Source of the DNA: a virus
IMG/VR virus record: IMGVR_UViG_3300031772_000002
Location: 32,001 to 96,000 of that record
Reading direction: 5' to 3' (one strand)
Length of the DNA stretch: 64,000 bases
The notes under the pieces were generated by a model, which made no database searches, was not told the DNA's origin, and saw nothing but the letters and a program-made list of their open reading frames with translations. This document shows, piece after piece, positions 55,407-64,000 of this stretch. The position numbers were made by a program, and so were the translations under genes. Positions within the stretch are counted from its first letter, which is position 1. Every line of letters begins with the position of its first letter.

Positions 55407-57431
55407 ATGGCTCCTCCAAGAAAAGCTTGCGAAATTGTTTTAAACATAGAACTTGCGTATGCTAAATTATTAGATACTATACAAGATATTTTAAAAAAAA
55501 TACAAACCATTATTGATTTAAAATCAAAAATAAAATACGGATTTATAGATATTGCCGATGCAGTAGGAGCAGATATAGTAGCGGCTATTGGAAGCATAGC
55601 CGCATCTGTATCAAAATCTATATTAGGTTCTATTTCAGGAATGGCTGCTGCCATTCTTGAATCTATATTATCAAGTTTATTATCAATACTTTTATCTGCT
55701 CCAACCGCTATTTTCTCGTTTATTGCAATACCGCACAGCCAGGCAAGGCAGGCTGCTCATATTGAAAGAGAATGTATATTAAGAGCATTAGAGAATGTAC
55801 GGTTAATATTATCTATAATTTCAAAATGGACCGACGGATTTAGTGGTGGAAAATTTTATGAACAAATGAAAAATGCATTGCCTTACATATCTAAAGCTAT
55901 ACAAATTTCTGTTGAATTATTAATAGATCTTGATAAAGACGAAGCAATATTAAATGAATCCAAGTATAATGCTATGCTTGACAATATACAAATGGCTGAA
56001 GATATTACAAAACCAATGTCTATAATAGATTCAAAGTTCGGATTAACACGGGCAATGGAACAAAGAAGGGATGAAATTTATAATAAACTTACTATAGAGA
56101 TAAATAATACTTACAATAAAAAACGCAATAAACTTACTGAAGAATTTCAAAAACAGATGTTAGAGATTGGATCAGGTCCTGATTTAAATTACGCAATTAA
56201 AACAGAAAGCATTCGCAATAAATATTCATTTAATCGTTCTGTTATTGAAACGGAAAGAAAAGAAAAATTACAACTTGCTTCTTTACAAGCCACTACTCAG
56301 GCAAGTATAGATGGAAGCGCTTATGTTAAAGCAATTAAAGGATTAGGGGCTGAATTTGTATATGATATGGAAATATTACTTAAAACAATTAAAAGTTTAG
56401 CATCTAATATTTCTAAAGCATATGTTGAAAACAAAAGATGCCAACGTATGTGTCATGCGATATATACAATTAGAGAATTAATTTCTAATCTTATTAATGA
56501 ACTTATTTATTTAATAAGAAAAACAACTATTGGTTCGGTTAAAGTGGCTTCAAAATCAATAGACTCAGCTCAAACATTACTTGAGGTTGTTTATGATAAA
56601 TTTACTTCATGCATTGATAGATATGAAGATGTTACATCAAAAATAAGTGATATTGAAATGTCTTTAACTGTAGTGGCTGGAAATGAATTATTATTATCTT
56701 CAGAAGCAGTTCTTAACAGCACCATTACCAGGAGTTTAATAGATCATATTAATTCGGATGATGTATTAAAAGAGGCTAATAAAGATTTTGAAGAATTTTA
56801 TAAAAAACTTGAAGATATACCTGATTGGGATGGAAAGAAAAATGTATGGGCTGTACAAACTATTGGACTGGCAGCAAGCCCTTATGTTAAATTAACAACA
56901 GATTCGGCAACGTTAGTAATAAGAGTTCCGTCATTATCATTTTCTAATAGTCGTACTGATCGTCAGGAATTAATTCAATTCATGATGGATCTTCAAAGAA
57001 CATTCAATACTATTCTTGTTCATAATTTATATGTTACTGAAGTTCTTAATTCATATACTCCTTATATGTCCTCAGAAATTGGAAATTTAATGAGAATACT
57101 TTCTAACGCAGGACTACTTGAAACTTTTGCTAATGGATTAAGTATTGTGGCGACTATAAGTGATATAACTAAAAACATTATTAAAAGTGGTATAGATTCT
57201 TTTGCAGTTACATCTGAAAATTGTATGTCATCATATCCAGATTTATATAAAAGTCCTGATGCAGCAAGGGCTTCAGCTTTATTTAAATATAATATGCCTG
57301 CCAGAACAGCTGATTTAAGTTTTCTTAAAAAATGTGAAGATAGAGATTATGATCGAATTGGAGTTCAAACATATATTAAAAATATTAATTTTAATAATAT
57401 GATTAATGAAGAAGATTTGGTTGAAAGTTAA
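55407..57431 (+). CDS. Large helical virion-associated protein, function unknown
   Basis: 674 aa; hydrophobic A/S/I segment; next to baseplate genes. Confidence 0.65.
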   Translation: MAPPRKACEIVLNIELAYAKLLDTIQDILKKIQTIIDLKSKIKYGFIDIADAVGADIVAAIGSIAASVSKSILGSISGMAAAILESILSSLLSILLSAPTAIFSFIAIPHSQARQAAHIERECILRALENVRLILSIISKWTDGFSGGKFYEQMKNALPYISKAIQISVELLIDLDKDEAILNESKYNAMLDNIQMAEDITKPMSIIDSKFGLTRAMEQRRDEIYNKLTIEINNTYNKKRNKLTEEFQKQMLEIGSGPDLNYAIKTESIRNKYSFNRSVIETERKEKLQLASLQATTQASIDGSAYVKAIKGLGAEFVYDMEILLKTIKSLASNISKAYVENKRCQRMCHAIYTIRELISNLINELIYLIRKTTIGSVKVASKSIDSAQTLLEVVYDKFTSCIDRYEDVTSKISDIEMSLTVVAGNELLLSSEAVLNSTITRSLIDHINSDDVLKEANKDFEEFYKKLEDIPDWDGKKNVWAVQTIGLAASPYVKLTTDSATLVIRVPSLSFSNSRTDRQELIQFMMDLQRTFNTILVHNLYVTEVLNSYTPYMSSEIGNLMRILSNAGLLETFANGLSIVATISDITKNIIKSGIDSFAVTSENCMSSYPDLYKSPDAARASALFKYNMPARTADLSFLKKCEDRDYDRIGVQTYIKNINFNNMINEEDLVES

Positions 57432-57473
57432 AATAGAATGGATTTATTCATATTTTAGAACTATTTTATAATT

Positions 57474-57947
57474 ATGGATATTGACTTCTCTACTATTATA
57501 AATTCAAGTTCTTCTACAACACCATCTTCTGGTTTTGAAATTTCTATATTAGACAATCCTAAAGGTGTAGAAGGAAACAGGGCATTATTAAATAGATTTG
57601 AAATAACATTTTTAACTCAATTGAAAAGTTTTTTAATTAATGATAAAATTGTATTAGATACTTTTGGAGGAGATGCTGATAAATTTATTAATCGCCCCTC
57701 TGTTTTAAACAATATTCAAAGTATTGCTGCGGCTATATCAGTATCAATAGATCAAACTATTAAATCAATGAAAAGCGATGAGCCTGAAAAAATACCAGAT
57801 ACTGAAAAAATACTTAACGCAAATTTATTAAGTATTGATGTTGTAGAAGGAGTAGTAGTGGCACAAATTGAAGTCATTCCAGTTAATGTTGAACCGTATA
57901 GTAATTTAATATTTAATCTTCCGATTATTAATAGAACGGAATTTTAA
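57474..57947 (+). CDS. Baseplate wedge protein, gp25-like
   Basis: Size, FLTQ.S motif and C-terminal beta strands; directly before baseplate J. Confidence 0.55.
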   Translation: MDIDFSTIINSSSSTTPSSGFEISILDNPKGVEGNRALLNRFEITFLTQLKSFLINDKIVLDTFGGDADKFINRPSVLNNIQSIAAAISVSIDQTIKSMKSDEPEKIPDTEKILNANLLSIDVVEGVVVAQIEVIPVNVEPYSNLIFNLPIINRTEF

Positions 57948-57949
57948 TC

Positions 57950-60949
57950 ATGTTTAATTTTTGGTATTTCTTAAGAAAAAAATGGTCGGAATATTCAGAG
58001 GCTCGTGGTCAAAAGGGAACATTGATTGACGATCTTGCTATTAAACCAACCGGATTGGTAATGTCTGATTTTTATAATTTACTAGTTAATCAAAGAAAAA
58101 TAAATAATATAAGTCAATGGAAAGGAATGTCAGATTCGGATCTTGACGCTTTTGGTGGTAAGTTTTTTATTCCAAGAATTAATGGTGGGTTTGCGTTTGG
58201 TATAGCAAGAATATGGTTTAATTCAAAAATTGATATTATCATTACTGAAAATGCCAGGTTTGTATCCACCAATGGACTTCAATATGTTATTACTCAACCT
58301 GGGTATATTAGTAAAAATTCTTTCAAAATATCTACCGATAGAATAGCTTTATTTTATATAGATGTTCCTATTACCGCAGCCGCTAAAGGGGTTGGATATA
58401 ATATTAATTCTGGAGAAATTTCTCAACTTATCAATATTGATTTCGAATATCATTCAGTTACAAATTTAAATCCTTTAATTGATGGTTCTAAATATGAATC
58501 AAATCAAGAATATTATAATAGATTGTATTATTCAATTAATGATCGTGGAATGATGAATCAAAAAAGTTTAAATGTATTCCTTCCTCAATTTTTTCCAAAT
58601 ATAAAAGCTATGTATATATCCGGTTCCGGTGATAGATATATGAATAGAGATTTAATAGCAGGATTTGATAGCTCGGAACAATTTAATAAAGTTGATTATC
58701 TTGGAAAAACAAATGGTGACAATATTGTAAAACATATAGCTTTTTATGGTATATTTCCACCAAATGCAGGAAGTGTAATGCATGATAGATATTGGGGTCC
58801 CCACTCTGATATATCTGCCTATGAATATCCTTTAACTATAGACCAGGCGGTTAGTGATTTTAATCCTTCAGATAACAATGTTTTTAAAAGTGATCCTGCA
58901 TTTTTAGGTTTTCCATTAGATCAAGAGTTTACAGATGAAATGTATCGAGGGATTTATTTTAATGATTATAAACGTTTCTTTGAACATAAAACAGGATATC
59001 TTTTTAATATTGATGATGAAGAAATAAGTTATGATAAAATATTACCAGGTGACAATTGGATATATGGAGCCTGTGGACGAAGCAATAGATATGTTGGAAA
59101 TCTTCAAGAAGGTTTAGGGGCTATTGATGTTATAAATATGTCAACTAATATTATAAATTTATGTGGAGGGTCATCTGAATCATTATCAATAAGTAAAGAC
59201 ATTTTAAAAAGAACTGGAATTAAATTAACTGGCTTATTTACATTTCCAGAACCTGATGAAGAAGGAGTTCTTAATAGCAATCTGCAAATGATGGTTGGGG
59301 GTGTAAATGAAACAAGTATTGTTGACGGATACACTGGAATAGGCTTTGGAATCAGAATGATTGACGCTTATCAACCTGATGATATTAATGCTTTAAATGC
59401 AGTTATTTATTTTGCTCATTCTGAAAAGTACGGAACAACCCAAATATACGCCACTGATGATGATATTAATGATCATATATCAATATCTAATATGGGGGCA
59501 TTAGCTGAAAAACAATTTAAAATACAACCAGGAGTCGAATATAGTTTTGAATTTATTATATATGATGATCTTCATTTAACATTATTAATAAATAAAACCT
59601 CACAACTTGTTGGTTTAGATCCAGATGAGCATGAAAATATTTTACATTTTGAACTTCCTAAAAAGATTTTAAATATATTCTCTGATTCAAGTAAAGGTGG
59701 TATACTTAGTATTGACTCTACCCGTTATGGAACTATGATGAAAATTACTTTAGATACAAAATCTTTATTAGCTTCAAAAATGTGGTCAGTAATTAGTTTA
59801 AAAGCGTTTGATATTAATCCTGAACGAGCAATGGCATTATTTGCTATAAATGTTTTAAATATTGAATCTCCCATTACAATATATACGCGAGCGTATGGAA
59901 ATAGTGCTGTTGGGAATTCTCAATCAGATGGATATCGTGCATTAATATGGGATAAAGAATCACAAACTGTAACTTCAATCAATTCTGAATTAAATCGTGG
60001 AGGATGGATAGAGGCTAATGGAATTTCAGACGTTAGCAGTTCAAAAAAAACATTAACTGGATTATTAAGCCATACTATAAATAATATTGATAGATACGTT
60101 GTTGAAAATAGATTTGGTAAAAATATTTTCTTATTATTTATTACGTCAGGAGCATCGAAGCCTACTATTCGATATAATGGTGATTTACGAGATAATATTC
60201 AATCTTTATTAAGAGTTGATTATATAAAGATTGAAAGTGAAAATTTATCTATGTATCATGCAAACAATAAAGCGGATATATATGTAGCAACTTTAAGTAA
60301 TTTAGAAGAATACAAATCAGTAATTACTACATTAAGAAAAAATTCAAGTGATACATATTTTGAAATGAATTCAGAAAATTGTTCAATGCCTATATTAGAA
60401 ATAATATCAATAACTACAGGAGAAACTTTTGATTTAAATAATATTATTTCTGAAAGTGAATATACAATAGTCGATGCTGATTTAAATTTTATGGGGTCTT
60501 CATTGGAAGTAAAAAGAATATCATTAAATGAATCCAATTCCAATACAATTACTGTTGAATATAAATCTTATCCTGAAATTGAAAATATACAGAATTATTT
60601 TGATGATTCAATATATAAAAAAATATATGGTAATATTTTAGTTAAACATAAATATCCATGCGATTTAAATATATCATTATTTTTTACAGGAATAGGAACG
60701 GAAGATAATATTATTAGTGAAGTAAAAAGTTATGTTGATAACAATATTGATGGAATATTTATTATTAAAAATTTAATAAGTAATTTATATAATAAAGGTC
60801 TTGTTAATAATATTAAAGAACCTGTTACTATTTTATATAGTAAATTTGATGATGAATTAAATATTGAAACTGGTTCATTTACTGATCAATTAGAAATACG
60901 TTCTATTGATTTTTTTCGTATTATTAATATTTCAGCTCAAAGGTTGTAA
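57950..60949 (+). CDS. Baseplate J/gp6-like wedge protein with large insertion
   Basis: GTL.DDL.IKP, R..G..A.G, G.GYNI..GEI, VTN..G...ES..EY..R. Confidence 0.75.
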   Translation: MFNFWYFLRKKWSEYSEARGQKGTLIDDLAIKPTGLVMSDFYNLLVNQRKINNISQWKGMSDSDLDAFGGKFFIPRINGGFAFGIARIWFNSKIDIIITENARFVSTNGLQYVITQPGYISKNSFKISTDRIALFYIDVPITAAAKGVGYNINSGEISQLINIDFEYHSVTNLNPLIDGSKYESNQEYYNRLYYSINDRGMMNQKSLNVFLPQFFPNIKAMYISGSGDRYMNRDLIAGFDSSEQFNKVDYLGKTNGDNIVKHIAFYGIFPPNAGSVMHDRYWGPHSDISAYEYPLTIDQAVSDFNPSDNNVFKSDPAFLGFPLDQEFTDEMYRGIYFNDYKRFFEHKTGYLFNIDDEEISYDKILPGDNWIYGACGRSNRYVGNLQEGLGAIDVINMSTNIINLCGGSSESLSISKDILKRTGIKLTGLFTFPEPDEEGVLNSNLQMMVGGVNETSIVDGYTGIGFGIRMIDAYQPDDINALNAVIYFAHSEKYGTTQIYATDDDINDHISISNMGALAEKQFKIQPGVEYSFEFIIYDDLHLTLLINKTSQLVGLDPDEHENILHFELPKKILNIFSDSSKGGILSIDSTRYGTMMKITLDTKSLLASKMWSVISLKAFDINPERAMALFAINVLNIESPITIYTRAYGNSAVGNSQSDGYRALIWDKESQTVTSINSELNRGGWIEANGISDVSSSKKTLTGLLSHTINNIDRYVVENRFGKNIFLLFITSGASKPTIRYNGDLRDNIQSLLRVDYIKIESENLSMYHANNKADIYVATLSNLEEYKSVITTLRKNSSDTYFEMNSENCSMPILEIISITTGETFDLNNIISESEYTIVDADLNFMGSSLEVKRISLNESNSNTITVEYKSYPEIENIQNYFDDSIYKKIYGNILVKHKYPCDLNISLFFTGIGTEDNIISEVKSYVDNNIDGIFIIKNLISNLYNKGLVNNIKEPVTILYSKFDDELNIETGSFTDQLEIRSIDFFRIINISAQRL

Positions 60950-60966
60950 CATTAAAGAAGGTGAAA

Positions 60967-63861
60967 ATGGCTTGGAATAAAAGTACATGGCAAGACGTTA
61001 TAGGAACTGAAATTTCAAAATCTACTGTTACTTTTGGAAATTCTGTTACTGGAGTTATTAATACAAATTTAGCGTCTCCATTAAAATTTTTAAATTTATC
61101 AATACGATGTGAAGTTTTGTTTGGGGGATCTCCTGATGGGAATGCTGAAATAAAAGTATATGGACGAGACGTTCTTGGCGGAGATGAAAGTGATACAATA
61201 CCAATTTATAGACAAGACATTGAATTTGTTACATCAGATTCTCAAATAATTACCCTACCTAACATTGACACTTCAAGTATTGATAGTTTACAAATAGAAG
61301 TTTTAAATAAAGATACCACTGATAGTATTGATGTGTGGGTATCATTTATGTATGGATATATTGATGCAGTTGCCGGATCAAGTCCTGACGAAACTGTTAA
61401 AATATCATACAATGATACAACAAAAGATTATTTAGAAAATAAAATTGTAGGAGATACTGGAGTTATAGAAATTTCAGTTCTTGGTGAGTCTTTATATGAA
61501 ACTCTTAAAGTTTCATTAAACTCAACGAAATTATCTAATTGGGATAGTGCTTATGGATGGGGCGATCATTCTGTTGAGGGGTATTTGAAGTCATTTATAG
61601 AAACTGATCCTATTTTTTCTGCATGGCTTGCATACCCTCCTGCGCTGTCAGAATTTATTAATGATGTAGGGTATTTAACTGCCGAAACAGATCCTGATTT
61701 TAATTCATGGTTAAGTGGTGTAACTCCTGCTAATTGGGATTCTGCTTATGGATGGGGAGATCATTCAATTCAAGGATATTTAAAATCATTTATAGAGGTT
61801 GATCCTGTTTTCATGGCATGGTTAAGTTATCCTCCTGCAATATCAGAATTTATAAATGATTTAGGATATTTAACTGCAGAAACTGATCCTGATTTTAATT
61901 CATGGCTGTCAGGAGTAACTCCAGCTAATTGGGATTCCGCATATGGATGGGGAGATCATTCTATTCAAGGATATCTTAAATCCTTTACTGAAACTGATCC
62001 TATTTTTTCTGCATGGTTAAGTTACCCTCCTGCACTATCTGAATTTACAAATGATTTAGGATATTTAATTGCGGAAACAGATCCTGATTTTAATTCATGG
62101 TTAGGTACTGTTACTCCTGCTAATTGGGATTCTGCATATGGATGGGGCGATCATTCTATTCAAGGATATTTAAAATCTTTTATAGAATCAGATCCAGTAT
62201 TTATTGATTGGTTAAGTTACCCACCATCATTATCTGAATTTACAAATGATTTAGGATATTTAACTGCCGAAACAGACCCTGACTTTAATTCATGGTTAGG
62301 AGGAGTAACTCCAGCCAATTGGGACTCTGCTTATGGATGGGGAGATCACTCTATTCAAGGATATCTTAAATCATATATTGAAACAGATCCAGTTTTTACA
62401 GATTGGTTAAGTTATCCACCATCTTTATCTGAATTTACAAATGATTTAGGATATTTAACTGCAGAAACTGATCCAGATTTTAATTCATGGTTATCTGGAG
62501 TTACTCCTGCAAATTGGGATTCTGCATATGGATGGGGTGATCATTCTATTCAAGGATATCTTAAATCTTTTATAGAATCGGATCCAGTATTTATTGATTG
62601 GTTAAGTTACCCTCCTGCACTATCTGAATTTACAAATGATTTAGGATATTTAATTGCGGAAACAGATCCTGATTTTAATTCATGGTTAGGTACTGTTACT
62701 CCTGCTAATTGGGATTCTGCATATGGATGGGGAGATCACTCCGTTGAAGGATATCTTAAATCATATATTGAAACAGATCCAGTTTTTACAGATTGGTTAA
62801 ATTATCCTCCTGCACTATCAGAATTTACAAATGATGTAGGGTATCTTACTGCAGAAACCGATCCTGATTTTAATTCATGGCTAGGAGGGGTAACTCCTAC
62901 TAATTGGGATTCTGCTTACGGATGGGGAGATCATTCCATCCAAGGTTATCTTAAATCATATGTAGAGACTGATCCTATCTTTTCCGCATGGTTAAGCTAT
63001 CCTCCTGCATTATCTGAATTTACTAATGATATGTCATTCATTACTGCAGAAACCGATCCTGATTTTAATTCTTGGTTAGGAGGAGTAACTCCTGCTAATT
63101 GGGATTCTGCATATGGATGGGGAGATCATTCAATTCAAGGATATTTAAAATCTTTTACTGAAACAGATCCTATCTTTTCTGCATGGCTAAGCTACCCTCC
63201 GTCTTTGTCTGAATTTACTAACGATATGTCATTTATTACTGCAGAAACAGATCCTGATTTTAATTCTTGGTTAGGAGGAGTAACTCCTGCTAATTGGGAT
63301 TCCGCTTATGGATGGGGAGATCATTCTATTCAGGGATATATTAAATCATTTGATGATTATTATCAGGAGAGATTAATTTTAGCAGAAGAATTTCAAAATC
63401 CTAACAATGCAGATTGGGTAGTTAATGTTTTAGCTCCACTCTCTGCTGATGATAATAATAATGGACTTAATGTAAGATTATTTGATGATACTGCAAACGA
63501 AGGAATAGGATTTGATATTTTTATTCCTTCATTTGCAACTAATATTGTTTTAAAGTTTAAATCACGAGCAATAACTGCCCCTGCAGGAACTAAAAAAGTT
63601 GATTTAGGATTATATTTTAGATCAATTCCAGATAATGCAGCAGTTGATGCGTGGAGCGCTAAAAAAAATATTACTGGAATAATATCAATTCCAACAAATG
63701 AATATTTTCAATATGATACTACAACAATATCACTAGCAACATTAGGAATAACAAGTAATAGATATACTCAATTTGAAATAATTAGAGACGCAGCTGACGA
63801 AGCAAATGATGATTTAGTAGGAGACTGGGCTTTATTATCTATGATAGTTTCATTTACATAA
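60967..63861 (+). CDS. Tail fibre-like virion protein with 65-aa tandem repeats
   Basis: DYLENKI..G motif; repeats of WDSAYGWGDH..GYL / ETDP.F..W / SEF.ND.GY. Confidence 0.7.
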   Translation: MAWNKSTWQDVIGTEISKSTVTFGNSVTGVINTNLASPLKFLNLSIRCEVLFGGSPDGNAEIKVYGRDVLGGDESDTIPIYRQDIEFVTSDSQIITLPNIDTSSIDSLQIEVLNKDTTDSIDVWVSFMYGYIDAVAGSSPDETVKISYNDTTKDYLENKIVGDTGVIEISVLGESLYETLKVSLNSTKLSNWDSAYGWGDHSVEGYLKSFIETDPIFSAWLAYPPALSEFINDVGYLTAETDPDFNSWLSGVTPANWDSAYGWGDHSIQGYLKSFIEVDPVFMAWLSYPPAISEFINDLGYLTAETDPDFNSWLSGVTPANWDSAYGWGDHSIQGYLKSFTETDPIFSAWLSYPPALSEFTNDLGYLIAETDPDFNSWLGTVTPANWDSAYGWGDHSIQGYLKSFIESDPVFIDWLSYPPSLSEFTNDLGYLTAETDPDFNSWLGGVTPANWDSAYGWGDHSIQGYLKSYIETDPVFTDWLSYPPSLSEFTNDLGYLTAETDPDFNSWLSGVTPANWDSAYGWGDHSIQGYLKSFIESDPVFIDWLSYPPALSEFTNDLGYLIAETDPDFNSWLGTVTPANWDSAYGWGDHSVEGYLKSYIETDPVFTDWLNYPPALSEFTNDVGYLTAETDPDFNSWLGGVTPTNWDSAYGWGDHSIQGYLKSYVETDPIFSAWLSYPPALSEFTNDMSFITAETDPDFNSWLGGVTPANWDSAYGWGDHSIQGYLKSFTETDPIFSAWLSYPPSLSEFTNDMSFITAETDPDFNSWLGGVTPANWDSAYGWGDHSIQGYIKSFDDYYQERLILAEEFQNPNNADWVVNVLAPLSADDNNNGLNVRLFDDTANEGIGFDIFIPSFATNIVLKFKSRAITAPAGTKKVDLGLYFRSIPDNAAVDAWSAKKNITGIISIPTNEYFQYDTTTISLATLGITSNRYTQFEIIRDAADEANDDLVGDWALLSMIVSFT
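61537..63351 (+). repeat. 195-bp tandem repeat, 9 full copies plus a partial copy
   Basis: TGGGA(T/C) anchors at 61540, 61735, ..., 63295. Confidence 0.95.
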
Positions 63862-63877
63862 TTCTATAGTATTTTTT

Positions 63878-64000
63878 ATGAATATCGATGAATTAAAAGA
63901 ATATTGTGATCATTTTGATGAAATTAATTTTCTTTATGATAAAACGCTTGAAGTTATTAATTTGCTTCCTGAACAATATCCAATTTTAGAAATTGGAACA
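63878..64000 (+). CDS. 5' partial class I SAM methyltransferase
   Basis: MNIDELK..PILEIGT (start of motif I) running off the window edge. Confidence 0.5.
   Translation, partial: MNIDELKEYCDHFDEINFLYDKTLEVINLLPEQYPILEIGT

Noticed and set aside
13242-60949. Bacterial extracellular contractile injection system or tailocin
   Set aside because: Capsid, scaffold-like and neck genes, a phage sigma factor and a large early region indicate a complete phage.
1-64000. Stop-codon reassignment (genetic code 15 or 4)
   Set aside because: Long genes are intact in code 11, and TAG/TGA stops are followed by RBS/ATG of the next gene.

Overview
Very AT-rich 64-kb segment of a large contractile-tailed (myovirus-like) phage, read with the standard genetic code. 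The + strand carries the virion module: scaffold-like proteins, head decoration protein, major capsid protein, neck proteins, an M15 peptidase, tail sheath and tube, a -1 frameshifted tail chaperone, tape measure, baseplate hub/wedge/J proteins, a 65-aa-repeat fibre and a sigma factor. It is interrupted three times. (i) A 5.5-kb glycosyltransferase/methyltransferase cassette lies between the decoration and capsid genes. (ii) A ~22.5-kb minus-strand early/accessory island lies between tube and chaperone. (iii) A cluster of small proteins sharing an F-x-(D/N)-E-L-x-K-I-A motif, probably a capsid-targeting/cleavage signal, includes a LigD-PE/ATP-ligase fusion. The island contains a GC-richer array of about 8-10 attC-like (integron-cassette-like) hairpin sites with no integrase in the window. 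Its ORFs read into the sites, so the hairpin loops often encode Cys-rich C-terminal modules; this is the most unusual system seen. The island also has a conserved non-canonical promoter (xGTTAT-N17-TATAA[C/T], TG-extended), an ORF-poor hairpin-rich transcription unit, a tnpB 3'/right-end remnant directly behind a phage promoter, wecB, an Rnl2-type RNA ligase, an SLT muramidase and two host-like type IV minor pilins. All calls are from motif recognition and gene order only; no searches were run.
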